The notes: generated by a model not told the origin, from the letters alone. A stretch of 64,000 nucleotides of DNA from Chiloscyllium plagiosum (GCF_004010195.1 NC_057758.1:4828043-4892042), one strand, 5' to 3'. Shown: positions 38,697 to 52,870, counted from the stretch's first letter. Numbers and translations are program-made.

Positions 38697-39508
38697 CTCG
38701 TCAGCTCATGGAGCTGTTAAACAGAAACCGGGGTAACCCAATCAGCCCCTTGGCCCTTTCGAATCGAACAAGGAAGTAGCGCTTCAATACATTGACTCAA
38801 ATTCACAGGAGCAATACGAGGCCATTTAGCCCCTCGAGTCAGTTACACAGCAACAGGATGTAGTTTCAAATTTAATAGTGACACCTTCCATCTTAATGAA
38901 GAATTCTACTGTGAAAGGTCGCGCATCACAGTGTTTTTAATTAATACTTTTTTTATTACACAGTATTTATCCTTAGTGAAGACAGATCCAAACTACTTTT
39001 AAAGTGTTCTGCCATGACTTTGCTGTCCATTATGAGTTCACCTGATTCTAAGTGCACTGGACCTTCATTTGTCTTCATCAGTCTTTCTCTTCACATGTCA
39101 ACAGAGGCTTTTGCTGTCAGTTATTATGTTTCCTGCAAGCTTAGTTTTTTCGACATATTGTTTGAGGAAACCATTCCAAACACAGTCAAGGAGATCCCCC
39201 TCCCTCAGATTGCTGCCAGTGTTGTTAGGCCAATCAACATGTAGTTTCAAATCTTCCAAAACAAAATCTGTTGTAACTTCAGGGCCATCATCTCGAATTT
39301 CGTTATAATCCCTTTTATCATAAATACTGTTTGGCGGTCTGTACAACAAATGACTTTTTCCTTTTGGTGTTCGGCAGCTCCACTCATGCAGTCTTCACTC
39401 CGATGAATTAGACTCAAGGTGCTGAATCGTTTCTTCCCTGTCCGATTGGCCAGGGTCTGATTGGGTAACTTTTTTGGTTCCTGTTTAGCAGCTCGATGTG
39501 CTGTCTAG

Positions 39509-40084
39509 TGGGACAATGCCGTAGTTTTAAGAAGTGATTCTGATAGGATTCTTTTCACAGGGAGAGATGGGACAAGATGTACTAAGCTGTCTCGTGCAGA
39601 ACACTGGAGTAAACAACTTGGGAGACCTTGTTTTGAACTGTGTGGCCAGGTCTCACATGTTAGGATTTCTGGGTGTTCGTTTCTCAGTAAAATCAGAAGC
39701 TATTGGAGTCTCAACAGAGATAACAGTTTTCAGTGAATGTCTCCTGGCTGCTACTGTCCCTGAATTTTCTCCTTGTGTGCTTTTTGTTAACCTACTGATT
39801 TGGAGAAATGTTTGTGAGAATCTGTATCTGAGCTTTCCATTGAGCCATTTTTATATGGGATGTTCCTATACCATTGCCGCATCTATTATTAGTCTGAATT
39901 ACTCTTTATTTGGTTGAATGTTAACTACAGTGCTTAAATAATTTGTGTATATCTCATTACCGAGTAGTTTGACAGGTCACATTGCATCTGGATCAGAGGT
40001 TTTACGTCTACATAATAAGAGACTGTCAGAACCTAGACTACCTTCATAATATAGTTTTGAGGGGGTCTGGTCTGGTCCATAACA
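39509..40084 (+). mobile_element. Solo LTR
   Basis: Starts tgggacaatgccgtagttttaagaag, ends gagggggtctggtctggtccataaca; ctag/ctcg flanks suggest a 4-bp TSD. Confidence 0.65.
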
Positions 40085-40199
40085 CTCGTCGCCTTCTCTT
40101 GTTGTGTAATAGGCTGGAGGCACTAGATTGGCTATCCCTGCTCACTTCCAATTATTTCATTCGGCTGAATGACTTCCTCATTTTCCAGTGAAGGCAGTG

Positions 40200-40690
40200 T
40201 GAGAAGCTGAATGAACTCTTCCTTTCTAACTGTAGAATTGTGCAGTGACTAGCAGTACTGTTACATGAATGTTGCCTGCACTTTAATACCACAAGCTTGA
40301 ATATTGCCTAGGTCCTATTGCACATGGACACACATTGTTTCAGGAGCAGAGGGGAACACAATGTTCTGAACACTGTGTGAGAATCAGTGTCCATCCCCAC
40401 TTCTGACCTTATGATGGGGGAAAAGACATTGACGAAGCAGCTGAAGATATTTGTGCTGAAGAATATACCCTGAGGATCTTCCACAGAGATGTTCCAGGAC
40501 TGAAAGGATAGACATCCACGAACCACAAACGTCTTCCTTTTTGCTTTGATTCGATTCAACCAGGATGGAGTTTACACTTATTCCCAATAACCCAATTATG
40601 TTTCGCTCAATGATTTCATTGTCAGTCAACGACTGCCTTGATATCAGGACCAGTCACACTTCTCTGAACCCTGGTATTCATCTCTTTTAT
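40200..40690 (-). mobile_element. Decayed LINE RT fragment (family of 7500-9065)
   Basis: PQG..IFSCFVN.FSPIIRSEVGM..DS. Confidence 0.7.
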
Positions 40691-40910
40691 TCATATTCAT
40701 GGATCGTGGTATAGGAACAGGGAAGGTTTCCTTCAAATAGAGTATAGTGAATTTCAGGAATTATCCATTCCAGAGTGTCAGAGGAGCTAGGTCACTGAGA
40801 ATAATGAAAGAGAAGTGAGACGGATTTTGACATTACATAGAGTTGAGAGCTATGGAGATTTATCATTGAAGAGTAGTTGAGACCGAAAGCAGATCTCCCA
40901 TGATCTGTTG

Positions 40911-41097
40911 NNNNNNNNNNNNNNNNNNNNNNNNNNNNNNNNNNNNNNNNNNNNNNNNNNNNNNNNNNNNNNNNNNNNNNNNNNNNNNNNNNNNNNNNNN
41001 NNNNNNNNNNNNNNNNNNNNNNNNNNNNNNNNNNNNNNNNNNNNNNNNNNNNNNNNNNNNNNNNNNNNNNNNNNNNNNNNNNNNNNNNNNNNNNNNN
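40911..41097. other. Assembly gap
   Basis: N run. Confidence 1.
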
Positions 41098-41619
41098 GTG
41101 TGTGGTGGGGCTCGTGGTGGTGTTGGAGAGGTGAACAACATGCTCCTGTTTCTGATGTTGTCACATTTTGTTATTGCAAACTTCGTGGGTGTTATTTTCC
41201 TGGAAGTTCTGTTATTGAATGTTGCAGTCAGGGAGACCAGATGATTTTGTGATTTCTAGGTGTAATAAGGGGGATATATTCACAGTGAATATGGGTCTAC
41301 AAAATTACCACCAAATGAAGCATGATCAGGTTTTTGAAGCTCTGTAAAGACAGATGAGGGGCGTCTTTCGCACCAAACTTGGGTTTTCCAATTACATTTT
41401 CGAAACGAACCCAAACTGTGCCTGACAGTCCTGAAGGACTGAATGGTCTTCTCTGTTTCTGTGCTCCAGGTTACCGTTGGAAGTGGCCAGCTACTGCTCC
41501 TGTCGATCAGATCTGAAGCGCTGAATGGAACACAGAAACATCAGACTGAGGAGCAGGAGTGGGCATTTGAGCGGTGTTCACCAGCCAATAAGATCAAGAT
41601 TGACCAGTTTGGGGTCTCA

Positions 41620-41713
41620 TTCCTGAAGAAGGGCTTATGCCCGAAACGTCGATTCTCCTGTTCCTTGGATGCTGCCTGACCTGCTGCACTTTTCTAGCAA
41701 CACATTTTCAGCT
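41620..41713 (+). mobile_element. 94-bp Penelope-derived insertion containing a minimal hammerhead motif, with 15-bp TSD
   Basis: CTGAAGA-a-gggc-ttat-gccc-GAAA-cgtcg; cagtttggggtctca at 41605-41619 and 41714-41728. Confidence 0.8.
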
Positions 41714-41889
41714 CAGTTTGGGGTCTCAGCCCACTTTCATATCTGTATCCCATTATTTGTAACTCACTTTTCTGTCAAATATTGAACTGACTCAGCTTGG
41801 AATAAATATAAACAGTAAAGCACCATAAACGTCTGCAGAAGGGCATTCCCACTCTAAAGTCACTTTTATAATTTCTCCTCATCCCTCGT

Positions 41890-43200
41890 ATAGAGTTGGA
41901 GCGTCATGCATTTCAGAAACGGACAACTTAGTACAGCTTGACCACGTGGATCTGTTATACCAAGATATACCAATCATATTTTCCAGGATTTTGCCCACAT
42001 CCATCGAAATTCTTCCCATTCATATACCTATGCCGATGCGTTTTAAATGTTGAAATTGTACCAATTCCTCTGTTAGTGCGCTCCTCACTATTTGCATGAA
42101 AATGTAGCCACTAAGGTCCGTGTAAAACATTTCCTCTTTCACGTAAACCCATGCCTCTATTTGTGGACTCCCCTATCCTGGCAATGAACATGTTAGCTAT
42201 TAATGTCATCCATACATTTCATGATTTTGTACACCTCGATAAAGTCACCCATCAATTTTCGATGCTTCAAGTTATTAAAGAAGCGCCAGTCCGTCCACAC
42301 TCTCCCTCTGACTTAAACGCTACATTCCCAGCAATATCTTGGAAATCTTTTCTAAATTTTCTCAAGGCTAAAAATATCCTTTCTGTAGCAGGGCGAATCA
42401 GATTAACCAAATTATTCCAAATGTGGCCTCACCAACATCTTGTACATCCGCAACATGGCATTGCAACTCCAATGCTCAATGCATTGAGGAATGAAGGTAA
42501 GCGGGCCAAATGTGTCCTTCACTATCCTATCTACCTCCAATTTCAAGGAACTTAGTCTGCACCCCGAGGTCTTCTTGCTCAACAACACTTTCTGGGATCC
42601 AGGATAAAGTTGATAATTCTTGCCATGCTCTACCCTACCAAAACGCACACTTCACATTTATCTAAATTAAAATCCATCTTCAACTCCTTGGCCTATTGGC
42701 ATATCTGATCAAGGGCCCGTTCTATTCTGAGACACCCCACTTTACCAAAAAATTGTGTCATCTGTAAAGGTATTAACCAGGCACGTATTCACTTTTAAAT
42801 TATTTATACAATTAATGAAAAGCAGGAGACTCAGCACAGATTATTGTGGCACACTGTTGTTTGCAGGTTTCCAATCTGAAAAGCAATCTGCTCCCACCAC
42901 ACACTGTAGCCTCCTGACAATCTAAGTTTGCATTCAATTGGTAAGCTCGCCCTAAATCCAGTTATGATCTACCATACCAACCTATCCACCATGCGGTATC
43001 TTGTGGAACGTCCTGCTGAAGTCCAAAGGGTTTACACAATTCCATCACCTTACGAATTTTGCACATCTTCAAAAAACGGAAAACACAATAGAGAGACACG
43101 ATTTCCTGTGAAAACATATGTGATGACTGTCCATAAGAAGTGTGGTCTTTGAAAATTCCCCAGAATCTCCTCTAGCAACTTACCCAGTAGCTCACTGATC
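41890..43200 (-). mobile_element. Decayed CR1 LINE 3' half
   Basis: SSLKLEVDRIVKDTFG..MLRMYKMLVRPHLE. Confidence 0.8.
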
Positions 43201-45065
43201 AGTAATTTTGTGGCTTTTTCAGATCAATGTTCTTTTTCTAGTCTCACTTTTCCAGTGGCCATACATATAAGCAGGTTGGTGAAATGCCCAGTGGTATAAT
43301 TCTCAGAGTGGGTCGCAGTCAGTGTTAGGAACAAATTAAAGCTGGTTTCTTTACTCTGCAAAAATAAGAATATATGAACAGAGTAAGAAAAGCAATAACA
43401 CAGTTTAGACGTTGCAAATATGTACATCAATTTTGAAACACATGCGCGCATGTACGCGCACGCATTCACTCTCTTCCCAACCCACCCTCGCCACCTCCTT
43501 GATGGTGTATACCAGACACGCACCTTGTAAAGGAATCCCATCCTGGAACAGTTGGAAATGAGTGAGGAAATGGGGAGATTCCAATGAAAACACCTCAGAA
43601 TTTCCATGCGTGTTAAAGATGAGTGAGGAATTTGCAGCTCACACACGTTACTGTAAGGAGGAACACATAGAGAGCGGGAACACCAGGCTGTTCCTTCTCA
43701 GGAAGATTACATTTTCTCTCTGTTTGAGTTTAATCATGCAATAATGTTCTCCGATCCCAAACTGGGCTACGTGAGGTATCCTCTCACTTACCCTGCTCCC
43801 TTTAGGTATGTCTTTGTGGCTGCAATACACAGAGCCAGTACCTTAGCAACAAATGACATTTCTTGTTAAGTGCCTTCATATTTAAAAAAGTTAATGTTTT
43901 CCCAAGTCATGTATTGAAATGAAAGTGTCTTACTCTTAAATTGCATCTCCACATTTACTCGCCCGTATAAGAGAAAATATCAATCAAGTATTCACCAGCT
44001 GTACTCTCCTCAATATTGTACATCGTCAATTAAAACACCTCTCCTTTTCAAGTCTAAACTGCTGATCCTTCATAACATAATGCTATCATCCCAGGAACTA
44101 GCAAATAGAAACATCTTTGAAAAGTGTCGAAAGCAATTGTGTTTTGTCTTCCCGTTCAGCGATTTATGACGACACACAATACATCAGATTTGGTCTCAGG
44201 AATGGACTGTACAAATGAGTAAAGAAATGTCTAAGGTTATACCTGAAACCGCTTGTATGAACCATCATCGTTCCACTTACCTTGCAAAAACACTTGCTAC
44301 ATCCGCAGACTAACTCGATGAGATTCCTGTACTAGGACACACAAAATCATTTGCATTCTCCCTCCATTTCAATAAATTCCTTTTGTTTTATTTATTTACC
44401 ACGCAAACATCCAATGATCAACACAGTATTTTTTTTTCTGAAGGTTTACTCACTCCCCTACCCGTCTTCATCCCATTGCAGAAGCTTTGTCTCCAATCAC
44501 AGCTTATTGAATGACTATCCTGATGCATCAGCAAATATAGCTCCAAAACACAATTCTAGATTGTAAATGGTGATGAACTAACACCGAAGCTTGAGGAATT
44601 CCATTAGTTACAGCTTTCCTTCCTTAAACTAAGTATCGATCTCTACTCTGTATTTTCTGATAGTTAACCCGGGCTCCCTGTTCCTGAATAGCATTCTCGG
44701 AACGTTATATGGTTTCATCCTGTGGTGTGTAATGTACTCATAAGACTGAAAACTTGAAAATGTACCTGTGTACCTACTTAGAGGGGCAGAATGGTCTCCC
44801 ACTGTTCCATTGAATTAATCCTCACTGGCTGAAAGGTATGTTCCTCTATCCTGTAACAGTATTAAGTGTTTGAGTGAGAGAGTAACACCTGGGATACGGT
44901 CATCAGTTGACCATTTGGTTCCTCGAGCCTGCTGCACAATTTAGAGAGATCATGGCTGGTCTGATTGAAGCTGAACACTCCTTTTCTGTCGATTCCCAAG
45001 AAACACTGATTCCTTTGCCCATCAAATAGCACCTCTCGAGCTCATCCTCGAATAGTTTCAATTGA

Positions 45066-45400
45066 CAGTGGGTAAGTCGTTAGCACTGCTGCCTCATCCT
45101 GCCAGGGACCTGTGTTTTTATTGAAGCCTCGACTGACTATATGGATTTTGCACATTTTCTCCCTGTCTGCATGGATTTCCTCTCACAGTCCAAAGTCGTG
45201 CAGGTTAGATGAATTGTCCATGGGAGATTTCCCATTGCGTCCAGGGATGTGTCGGCTAGCTAGATTAGTCATGGGAAATGAAGGGTTACGTGGATAGAGG
45301 AGGAGGTGAGTCTGGGTGGGATGCTCTTCGGAGGGTCGGTGTAGATTCGATGGGCCAAATGGACTGTATCTACACTGTATGGATTCCATGGTTTCATGAC
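45066..45400 (+). mobile_element. Degenerate V-SINE
   Basis: ttagcactgctgcctca..ttgcacattttctccctgtctgc..gatgggccaaatggactg. Confidence 0.75.
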
Positions 45401-46369
45401 CCAATCTTTACAGTTCCCGGGGAATGAGAGCGCAAAGTACAACCCAACCAGAGGGAGAAAGGTGTGTCCTTATCTCAATCTTAAAAAAAGAATCTCTTAA
45501 GTCTAAAGTGCATTCACGACATAGCAAGTCTCTTTTTTTTCAGGTATTTAGGCACAACAAATAAGAAGACCCTTAGACCATTCAGTCCTCAGACCTATTC
45601 CACATGAAGTATTTATCAAACACAGCCTCCAATGCTCTCTTAGAACGACTTTTCCAATACATTTCCAAAAATCATAAGAAATTGGAGCAGAATTAGGCCA
45701 ATTGGCCCATCGACCCTGCTGATCAGACATGGATGACAGCTCTTAACACAATTTTCTTGCATTCTCGCTCTTACCTTAGAACCCTTACCAAGTAGAAATT
45801 GTCGATCTCTGTCTTCAACACAGAACCGTGTTTCAGTGTCTCCGAGTCGTGTGTGTGTGTGTGTGTTTCTGCTCAATAGCAGGGGACAGAGGGTTGTGTT
45901 TTGCACTGGAGTACAGTAACCATTCGTATTCCAGAGGCTTTGGTGGTGGATCCATTTTTGGTTGTCTTTTATATCAATGAATTAGATAAGAATTATAGAA
46001 GGTATGGTGCGCAAGATTATGCATGACACCAACGTTGGTTATATAGTGGAGAGTCAAGAAGCTTAGATAAGACTGCAAAGAGATTTGATCAATGGATCTC
46101 AGAGTGGTACAGCACGGAAAAGACCATTTGATTCAATCGTCCTTGCCAAACGGATATTCTAATTTAATCTAGTTTTGTTTACCAGTGTTTGGACATATTG
46201 GTCCCAACCCTTCTAATTCATATACACAAACAGATGCCTTTTAAAAGTTGTAATTGTACCAGCCTCCTACACTTCTTGTGTCAGATTATTCCAAACACAT
46301 CACACAGTTTAAAAATGTCGCTACTTAGGTACTTTTAAAATCTTTCCTAAACGCTTCTGTACCTCATTC

Positions 46370-49300
46370 AAGTCTCTACAACGCATCGGCAATTACATTT
46401 TCGCGTCATGCCACATACACAATTGTCAAATTGAATGACTGCACCAAAACGTTCCATTTAAACAGCCTGGTACTTTTGTCCTTAAAATTTCCCACAAATG
46501 TCAATGCGTTGTGATCAGTGGACAGGATTATCTCTGATGCATTGCTGGTAATACAAACATTGAAATGTTGTTCGGCCAACACCAAGCTTAATGTCTCTTT
46601 CTCCACCGTTTACTACGTTTTTTTGATGAACGTTCAACTTCCTTCAAAAAATAACCCATGGGCCTTTCTGTCCCTTCGTCATCCTCCTGCAGAATCACCC
46701 CGCCGACACCCTCATCATTGGCATCGTTAGCCACTTTGAAAGACTTCATGTAATCCGGTGTGGCTAATACAGGTGCAGTGGTTAACACTGTCTTTAGGCT
46801 GTCAATTGCCCTTTGACAGTCCCTATTCACTGAGACTTCTTGTCTTTTTTTAACAATTCAGTCTGTGGTGCAGCCACACTGAAAAATTTCGTTAAAATCC
46901 ACTCAATCCCAGGAACGATAGAACTGCGTTTTTTTTTTGTCGTCTGTTGGGGAAATTACAAAATTTCTTTCGTTTTTGCATCCCGTGGGGCCATTTGTCC
47001 ATGCTCAATAACATGGCCGAGGAAGGTGACTTAGGAATTGGCAATTTCACTTTTAGTCACATTTAGCACCAAATCTGCCTTCCGAAGTCGATCGAACAAG
47101 TCCGGTTAATGCTGTAACAATTCGTTCCATGAGTGAGCAACATTCACCAGAATATCAATATACAGTTGGGAAATCCGGCAATGACCGTATTAGCCAGTCT
47201 CTGAAATGTGGCTGGATCGTTTTTCATACCAAATGGCATGACTTTGAACTGATACAGTCCATTTGGCGATGGGAAACCGAAATTTGCTGTCTCTTACTCG
47301 TCGGTCGCCTCTGAGCAAGTCCAACATAGAAAAATGATTTGCGTGTCCCATGGTTTCGAAACAGACCTCCAACATTGGAATTGGATGTGCATCCGTCGTT
47401 TTAATGGCGTTGACTTTGCGATAGTCCACACATAATCGTTGGGTACCTTCTGGCTTTGTTACCATGAGTATGGGTGTGGTCCAGCCTCTGTAAACCTACT
47501 TCGATTATGCCATTTGGATTATGCGCTTTGTGTCCTTCTGAACCTGTGCTAACTTTAGAGAGTTATGCCTGTAAGGATGTTGCTTAATCGAAACAGAGTC
47601 TCCTTTACCTTCGTCATGCACATTTAGGTTAGAACTTCCCAATTGTATCTCCCCATGTGGTTGTTGTAATTCTTTCAGGTCATTTCTATTTTACTGTGGA
47701 AGGTAACTCAGTCTTTATCCCAATTTTTGACAACTTCCTGGTTGTCCAATGTGATTTGAAGACTGTCCAATTCAGAATCCTCTGCACTTGATTCTTCCTT
47801 CTGTGTTGTCGTCTTTAATACCTTCTCCTCTTACTTTCATTCCCTTCAAAATACTTCTTGGGCATATTCACATGACACAGCCTGCGAGATTTCTTCGTGT
47901 CTGGAGTCCTTATCAAGTAGTTCACGTCACTCAATTTCTTCTCAATTTGATATTGTCCACTAAACCTTACTTTTAAAACCACACTTGTTCCTGGAAGAAA
48001 CACCAATACCTTATCCCAAATTCCAAAATTGCGAATTTGCGATTTTTTATCCGTGTCCTGTCTCATTGTACGCTGTGATACTTTTAAATGCTGTCTAGCC
48101 AATTTTCCAACACTATTTGAGTGCTATCTAAGAATTGATAGATAGGCCAAATGGGTGGTCTCTGCATCCTGAAATTAATTTCTTATTAGTCAATTTTAAC
48201 GTTTCTCTTAATTCATGCTCAAAAATTAATTCACACGGACTGAATTTGGTCGATTCTTTCGGTGCAGTTCTGATTACAAATGGTACAAACGGAATTCTCT
48301 TATCAGAACCATCAGATAATCCTGACCATAAGCTCTTAAAATGGTATTTACTGTTTGATCGCATCTTTGTTGCGCTTCCCGCGATTCCAGATGGTACACA
48401 GTAGATTTGAGTTGTTTTATTTCCCAAGTCATCCACAACCTCCTTGAATAGTTTAGAAGTTTGATCCTTGATCTGACTGGATCTCTATTCGTAGTCTGTA
48501 CCGAGTTAAACAAAAAAGTAATTATTTTACAATCCATTCTGTGGCACCTCCATTCTGTAACGCATTCACTTTCTTTCTCTGTATATGCATTTTGATATAA
48601 CTGGTTTAGCTCCTCTATGAATATTTTGCACCAGTATTTACTGTGTAAAAGGACATGGAAGATATAGACTGTAGGGAAATCGATGGTGATATCTTGCAAA
48701 ATGTCCAGATTAAAGAGGAGGAAGTGCTGGATATCCTGAAACGGTTAAAGGTGGATAAATCCCCAGGACCTGATCAGGTGTCGAGAACTTGGTGGGAAGC
48801 TAGAGAAGTGATTGCTGGGCCTCTTGCTGAGATATTTGTATCATCGATAGTCACAGGTGAGGTGCCGGAAGACTGGAGGTTGGCTAACGTGGTGCCACTG
48901 TTTAAGAAGGGTTGTCAGGACAAGCCAGAGAACTATAGACAAGTGAGTCTGACCTCGGTGGTGGGCAAGTTGTGGGGAATCCTGAGGGACAGGATGTATT
49001 TGTATTTGGAAAGGCAAGGGTTGATTCGGGATAGTCATCATGGCTTTGTGCGTGGGAAATCATGTCTCACAAAATTGATTGAGTTTTTTGATGAAGTAAC
49101 AAAGAAGATTGATGAGGGCAGAGCAGTAGATGTGATCTATATGGACTTCAGTAAGGCGTTCGACAAAGTTCCCCATGGGAGACTGATTAGCATGGTTAGA
49201 TCTCATGGAATGCAGGGAGAACTAGCCATTTGGATACAGAACTGGCTTAAAGGTAGAAGACAGAGGGTGGTGGTGAAGGGTTGTTTTTCAGACTGGAGGC

Positions 49301-51480
49301 CTATGACCACTGGAGTGCCACAAGGATCGGTGCTGGACCCTCTACTTTTTGTCATTTACATAAATGGTTTGGATGCGAGGATAAGGGTTACAGTTAGTAA
49401 GTTTGCAGATGACACCAAAATTGGAGGTATAGTGGGCAGCGAAGAGGGTTACCTTAGATTACAACAGGATCTGCACCAGATGAGCCATCGGGCTGTGGGA
49501 GGTGGAGCTTAATTCAGCTAAATGCGAGGTGCTGCATTTTGGGAAAGCAAATCTTAGCAGGACTTATACACTTAATGTTAAAGTCCTAGGGAGTGTTGCT
49601 AAACAAAGAGACCTTGGAGTGCAGGTTCATAGACCCTTGAAAGTGGTGCTTCAGGTAGATAGGATAGTCAGGAAGGCGTTTGGTATGCTTTCCTTTATTG
49701 GACAGAGTATTGAATACCGGAGTTAGGAGGTCATGTTGCGGCTGTACAGAACATTGGTTAGGCCACTGTTGGAATATTGCATGCAATTCTGTTCTCTTTC
49801 CCATCGGAAACATGTTGTGAAACTTGAAAGGGTTCAGAAATGATTTACAAGGATGTTGCCAGGGTTGGAGGATCTGAGTACAGGGAGAGGTTGAACAGGC
49901 TGGGGCTGTTTTCCCTGGAGCGTCGGAGGCTGACGGGTGACCTTATAGAGATTTACAAAATTATGAGGGGTATGGATAGGATAAATAGGCAAAGTCTTTT
50001 TCCCCTGGGATCGGGGAGTCCAGAACTAGAGGGCATAGGTTTAGGGTGAGAGGGGAATGATATAAAAGAGACCTAAGGGAGACCTTTTTCACACAGAGGG
50101 TGGTAAGTGTATGGAATGAGCTGCCATAGCATGTGGTGGAGGCTGGTATAATTACAACATTTAAGAGGCATTTGGATGGGTATATGAATAGGAAAGGTTT
50201 GGAGGGATATGGCCCGGGTGCTGGCGGGTGGGACTAGATTGAGTTGGGATATCTGGTCGGCATGAACGGGATGGACCGAAGGGTCTGTTTCCATGCTGTA
50301 CTTCTCTATGACTCTATGATTCTATCTTCCCGCTGTAATTCTATCAGCTTAATAGGGCTAAAGATAATGGAATGCTTACCTATTTACTCCTTCCTTGTTC
50401 CACTTATCTGATCGAAGAAGATCTGGGATACCACTATGTCAACTTCCTTATTTGTGCCTTTTGATCTCCCCTGCTTCCTCTTGTGTCGCTGTGATCTTGT
50501 GATCACACAATCATGGAAAACTCCTGGATGAAGATCCTTCATTTCTTTAGTTGCCTTCGTCTACACTGGCTTTTCAACCAGGGTAGGCAACACACCAACC
50601 TTTGAATCAGATACGGCATTAGAAGGAATTTGTGTTCCTGGAGTTGAGCGTTTGCCCTGTACTCCTAACACAAATTCTCCACTCTTCTATGAACTCTATC
50701 GCCTCACTTTACACAATTGAGCACTTTTTGTCTTACCTGTTACCAGTAAAATTTTTTGGCACTAGTTACTGAGTAGTGTATATGTCATCGTCCTTCAGCA
50801 TTACAGACTGAGAGGATCTTGTATCCCTGAATATTGTGACTCTTTGTCTACTGCTCCTGGCCTATGTGAATAGACCTCACCCTTGCATGCATATTTCTAA
50901 GCAGATCTAGTACTTCCTCCATAATCAACTTCTCATTGTATTGAACACTCCGAGGCAGTTGTCTAACTTCTCCTGTGCTTTTTGGTACTAGTACACCATA
51001 ACTACCAGGCTTGTCTGGTTTTCATACATCTGACTTCTCGTCTAGCTCACCAACGTTTTAATTTTGTGTTGCCCACTTTATTACGATGAAAACACCGGAG
51101 ATGTTTCAATTCTTTGCCCCCACCATAGGGTTCTTTTAACACTGTTATCCTTATGATCTTCACTAATATCTGCCTTTTCCTTTCCATGTAATGTTTTTTT
51201 TTCTTTGCCCAATTACCATCCGTCATGGACTGAAATTCATTCTGGAAGCCAAACCAAGTTTTATGCACCAGCTTTGGGAAATTCTCTATCTACATCTCTG
51301 TGCAATAAGAATTGTTTTGGTTTGGGGGAAAATCATCGAAATAAGATTCAAAACCTCCCGCCCTTCCTCCCCCTCTGTTCCTCTTTTGTTTAAAGTGATG
51401 CAATTGCAACCCCTGGCCTATTTACTCCTATGTCATCAATTGCCACGGGTGAAATGCCAAAAAGGCGGAAGAATGGCTAA
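46370..51480 (-). mobile_element. Decayed Gmr1-like Ty3/gypsy retrotransposon internal region (gag-[PR]-INT-RT-RNaseH), interrupted by a CR1
   Basis: Gag knuckle CFHRNKVGNTK (about 51080); integrase STVYHLES..IRTAPKESTKFSPCELIF and GPY-like RFSGQYQI (48600-47800); RT KPEGTQRLCVDYRKVN..LDLLRG (about 47400); RNase H APVLATPD..DANDEGVGG..EKETL..TDHNAL (46830-46400). Confidence 0.88.
48616..50323 (+). mobile_element. Relatively young 5'-truncated CR1 LINE with a 285-aa RT ORF fragment
   Basis: ORF 48655-49512: KSPGPD, NYRQVSLTS, YMDFSKAFDKVPH, GVPQGSVL, KFADDTK; tail ctctatgactctatgattcta. Confidence 0.95.
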
Positions 51481-51499
51481 AGTACTGTCATTTTTTTAA

Positions 51500-52870
51500 A
51501 AACTGTACGGTAAAACGAGACCAGTGAACCCGACATCAATGATGACTCAGTTGTTGAGGGGTTTTCTGCAGGAAAGGATTTATATGTGTTCGGAAAGGCA
51601 ACGGATGAAGAGAGTTTGTGCGTGTCTCATTAATTTGACTGAGATTTGGAAGAAGTGAAGAAGGAGGTTGATGAAGGCAGAGCAATGGATGTTATCTTTG
51701 TGGAATTCAGTAAGGCATTCGACAATGTTCAAAATGGTAGACTGGTTAGCAAGTTTAGATCGTCTGCAATCCAGGGAGAACTGGCTATTTGGATACGAAA
51801 TTAGCTCGAAGGTAGGGGAGACAGAGTGACCCTTGAGGTTTATTTATCGTATTTGAGGCCTGTGACTAGTGCTGTGCCACAAGAATCAGAGCTATATCCA
51901 CTAATTTGTTCCATTTATGCAAATAATTCGCATTTGAAAATACAAGGTACAGTTGGAAAGTTTGTCGATAATTGTAAAATTGATCGTCTAGTTGACAGTG
52001 AAAATGGTTATCTCAGAGTAATATGGGACTTTGATTAGAAAGCCTGAGGATTGGCAAATGGAATTTATTTTTGACAAACGAGCCGTGTTGCATTTTGGGA
52101 AAGAAAATCAGGACAAGGCGTATCGGTAGGATTCTGCCGAGTGTTGCCAAATAAAGAGATGTTCATAGAAATTATAGAGTGCCTACGGTGTGGAAACAGA
52201 CCATTTGGCGCCTCGAGTCTACACCGAACCTCCTGAGAGCATGCCACTAGATATACCCCGACGCTATCCTTGTGACTCTCCATTCCCATGGCTAATTCAC
52301 CTAAACTGCACATCCCTGGATACAATGGTTCATGTTGCATGACCAATCCACCTAACCTGCACATATTTGGACTGCGGCAGGAAACCGGAGCATCCAGCAG
52401 AAACTCATGCAGACACGGGGAGAATGTGCAAACCTCGCACAGAGAGTCTTGCAAGGGTGTCATGAAGAAGATCCCTGGTGCTGTGAGGCAGAAATGCTAA
52501 CTATTGAGCCAACATGTTGCCTTGTGTTGCAGGTTCACAGTTCCTTGAAAGTGCCGTTAAAGCTAATCAGGGTGGAGAGGAAGGCATTTTTTTAGCACTT
52601 GTCTTTATTGGCAAAGCGTTTGGATGGCATATTGCGGCTGTACGGGATATTTGTTCAGCCGCTACTGTAATGCAGCCTTTATTACAGACATATGTGGTCT
52701 TATCTGGTCTCCCTGCGACAGGACAGATTTTGTTAAACTTGGAGTGATGCACAACAGATTTACAAGTATGGTGCTGGTGTTGGTTAGGGAGGGGATGCAG
52801 TTGCACGGAGAGTTTAAATAGGCTGGGGCTGGGGCTGGAGCGATGAGGAAGCAGAATAACATTATGCAGG
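51500..52870 (+). mobile_element. Decayed CR1 LINE with a nested V-SINE
   Basis: FSKAFD, VPQES and KFVDNCK motifs; reverse-oriented SINE at about 52165-52515. Confidence 0.8.

Noticed and set aside
48655-49512. Longest clean ORF as a host gene
   Set aside because: It is CR1 reverse transcriptase, 5'-truncated and frameshifted downstream
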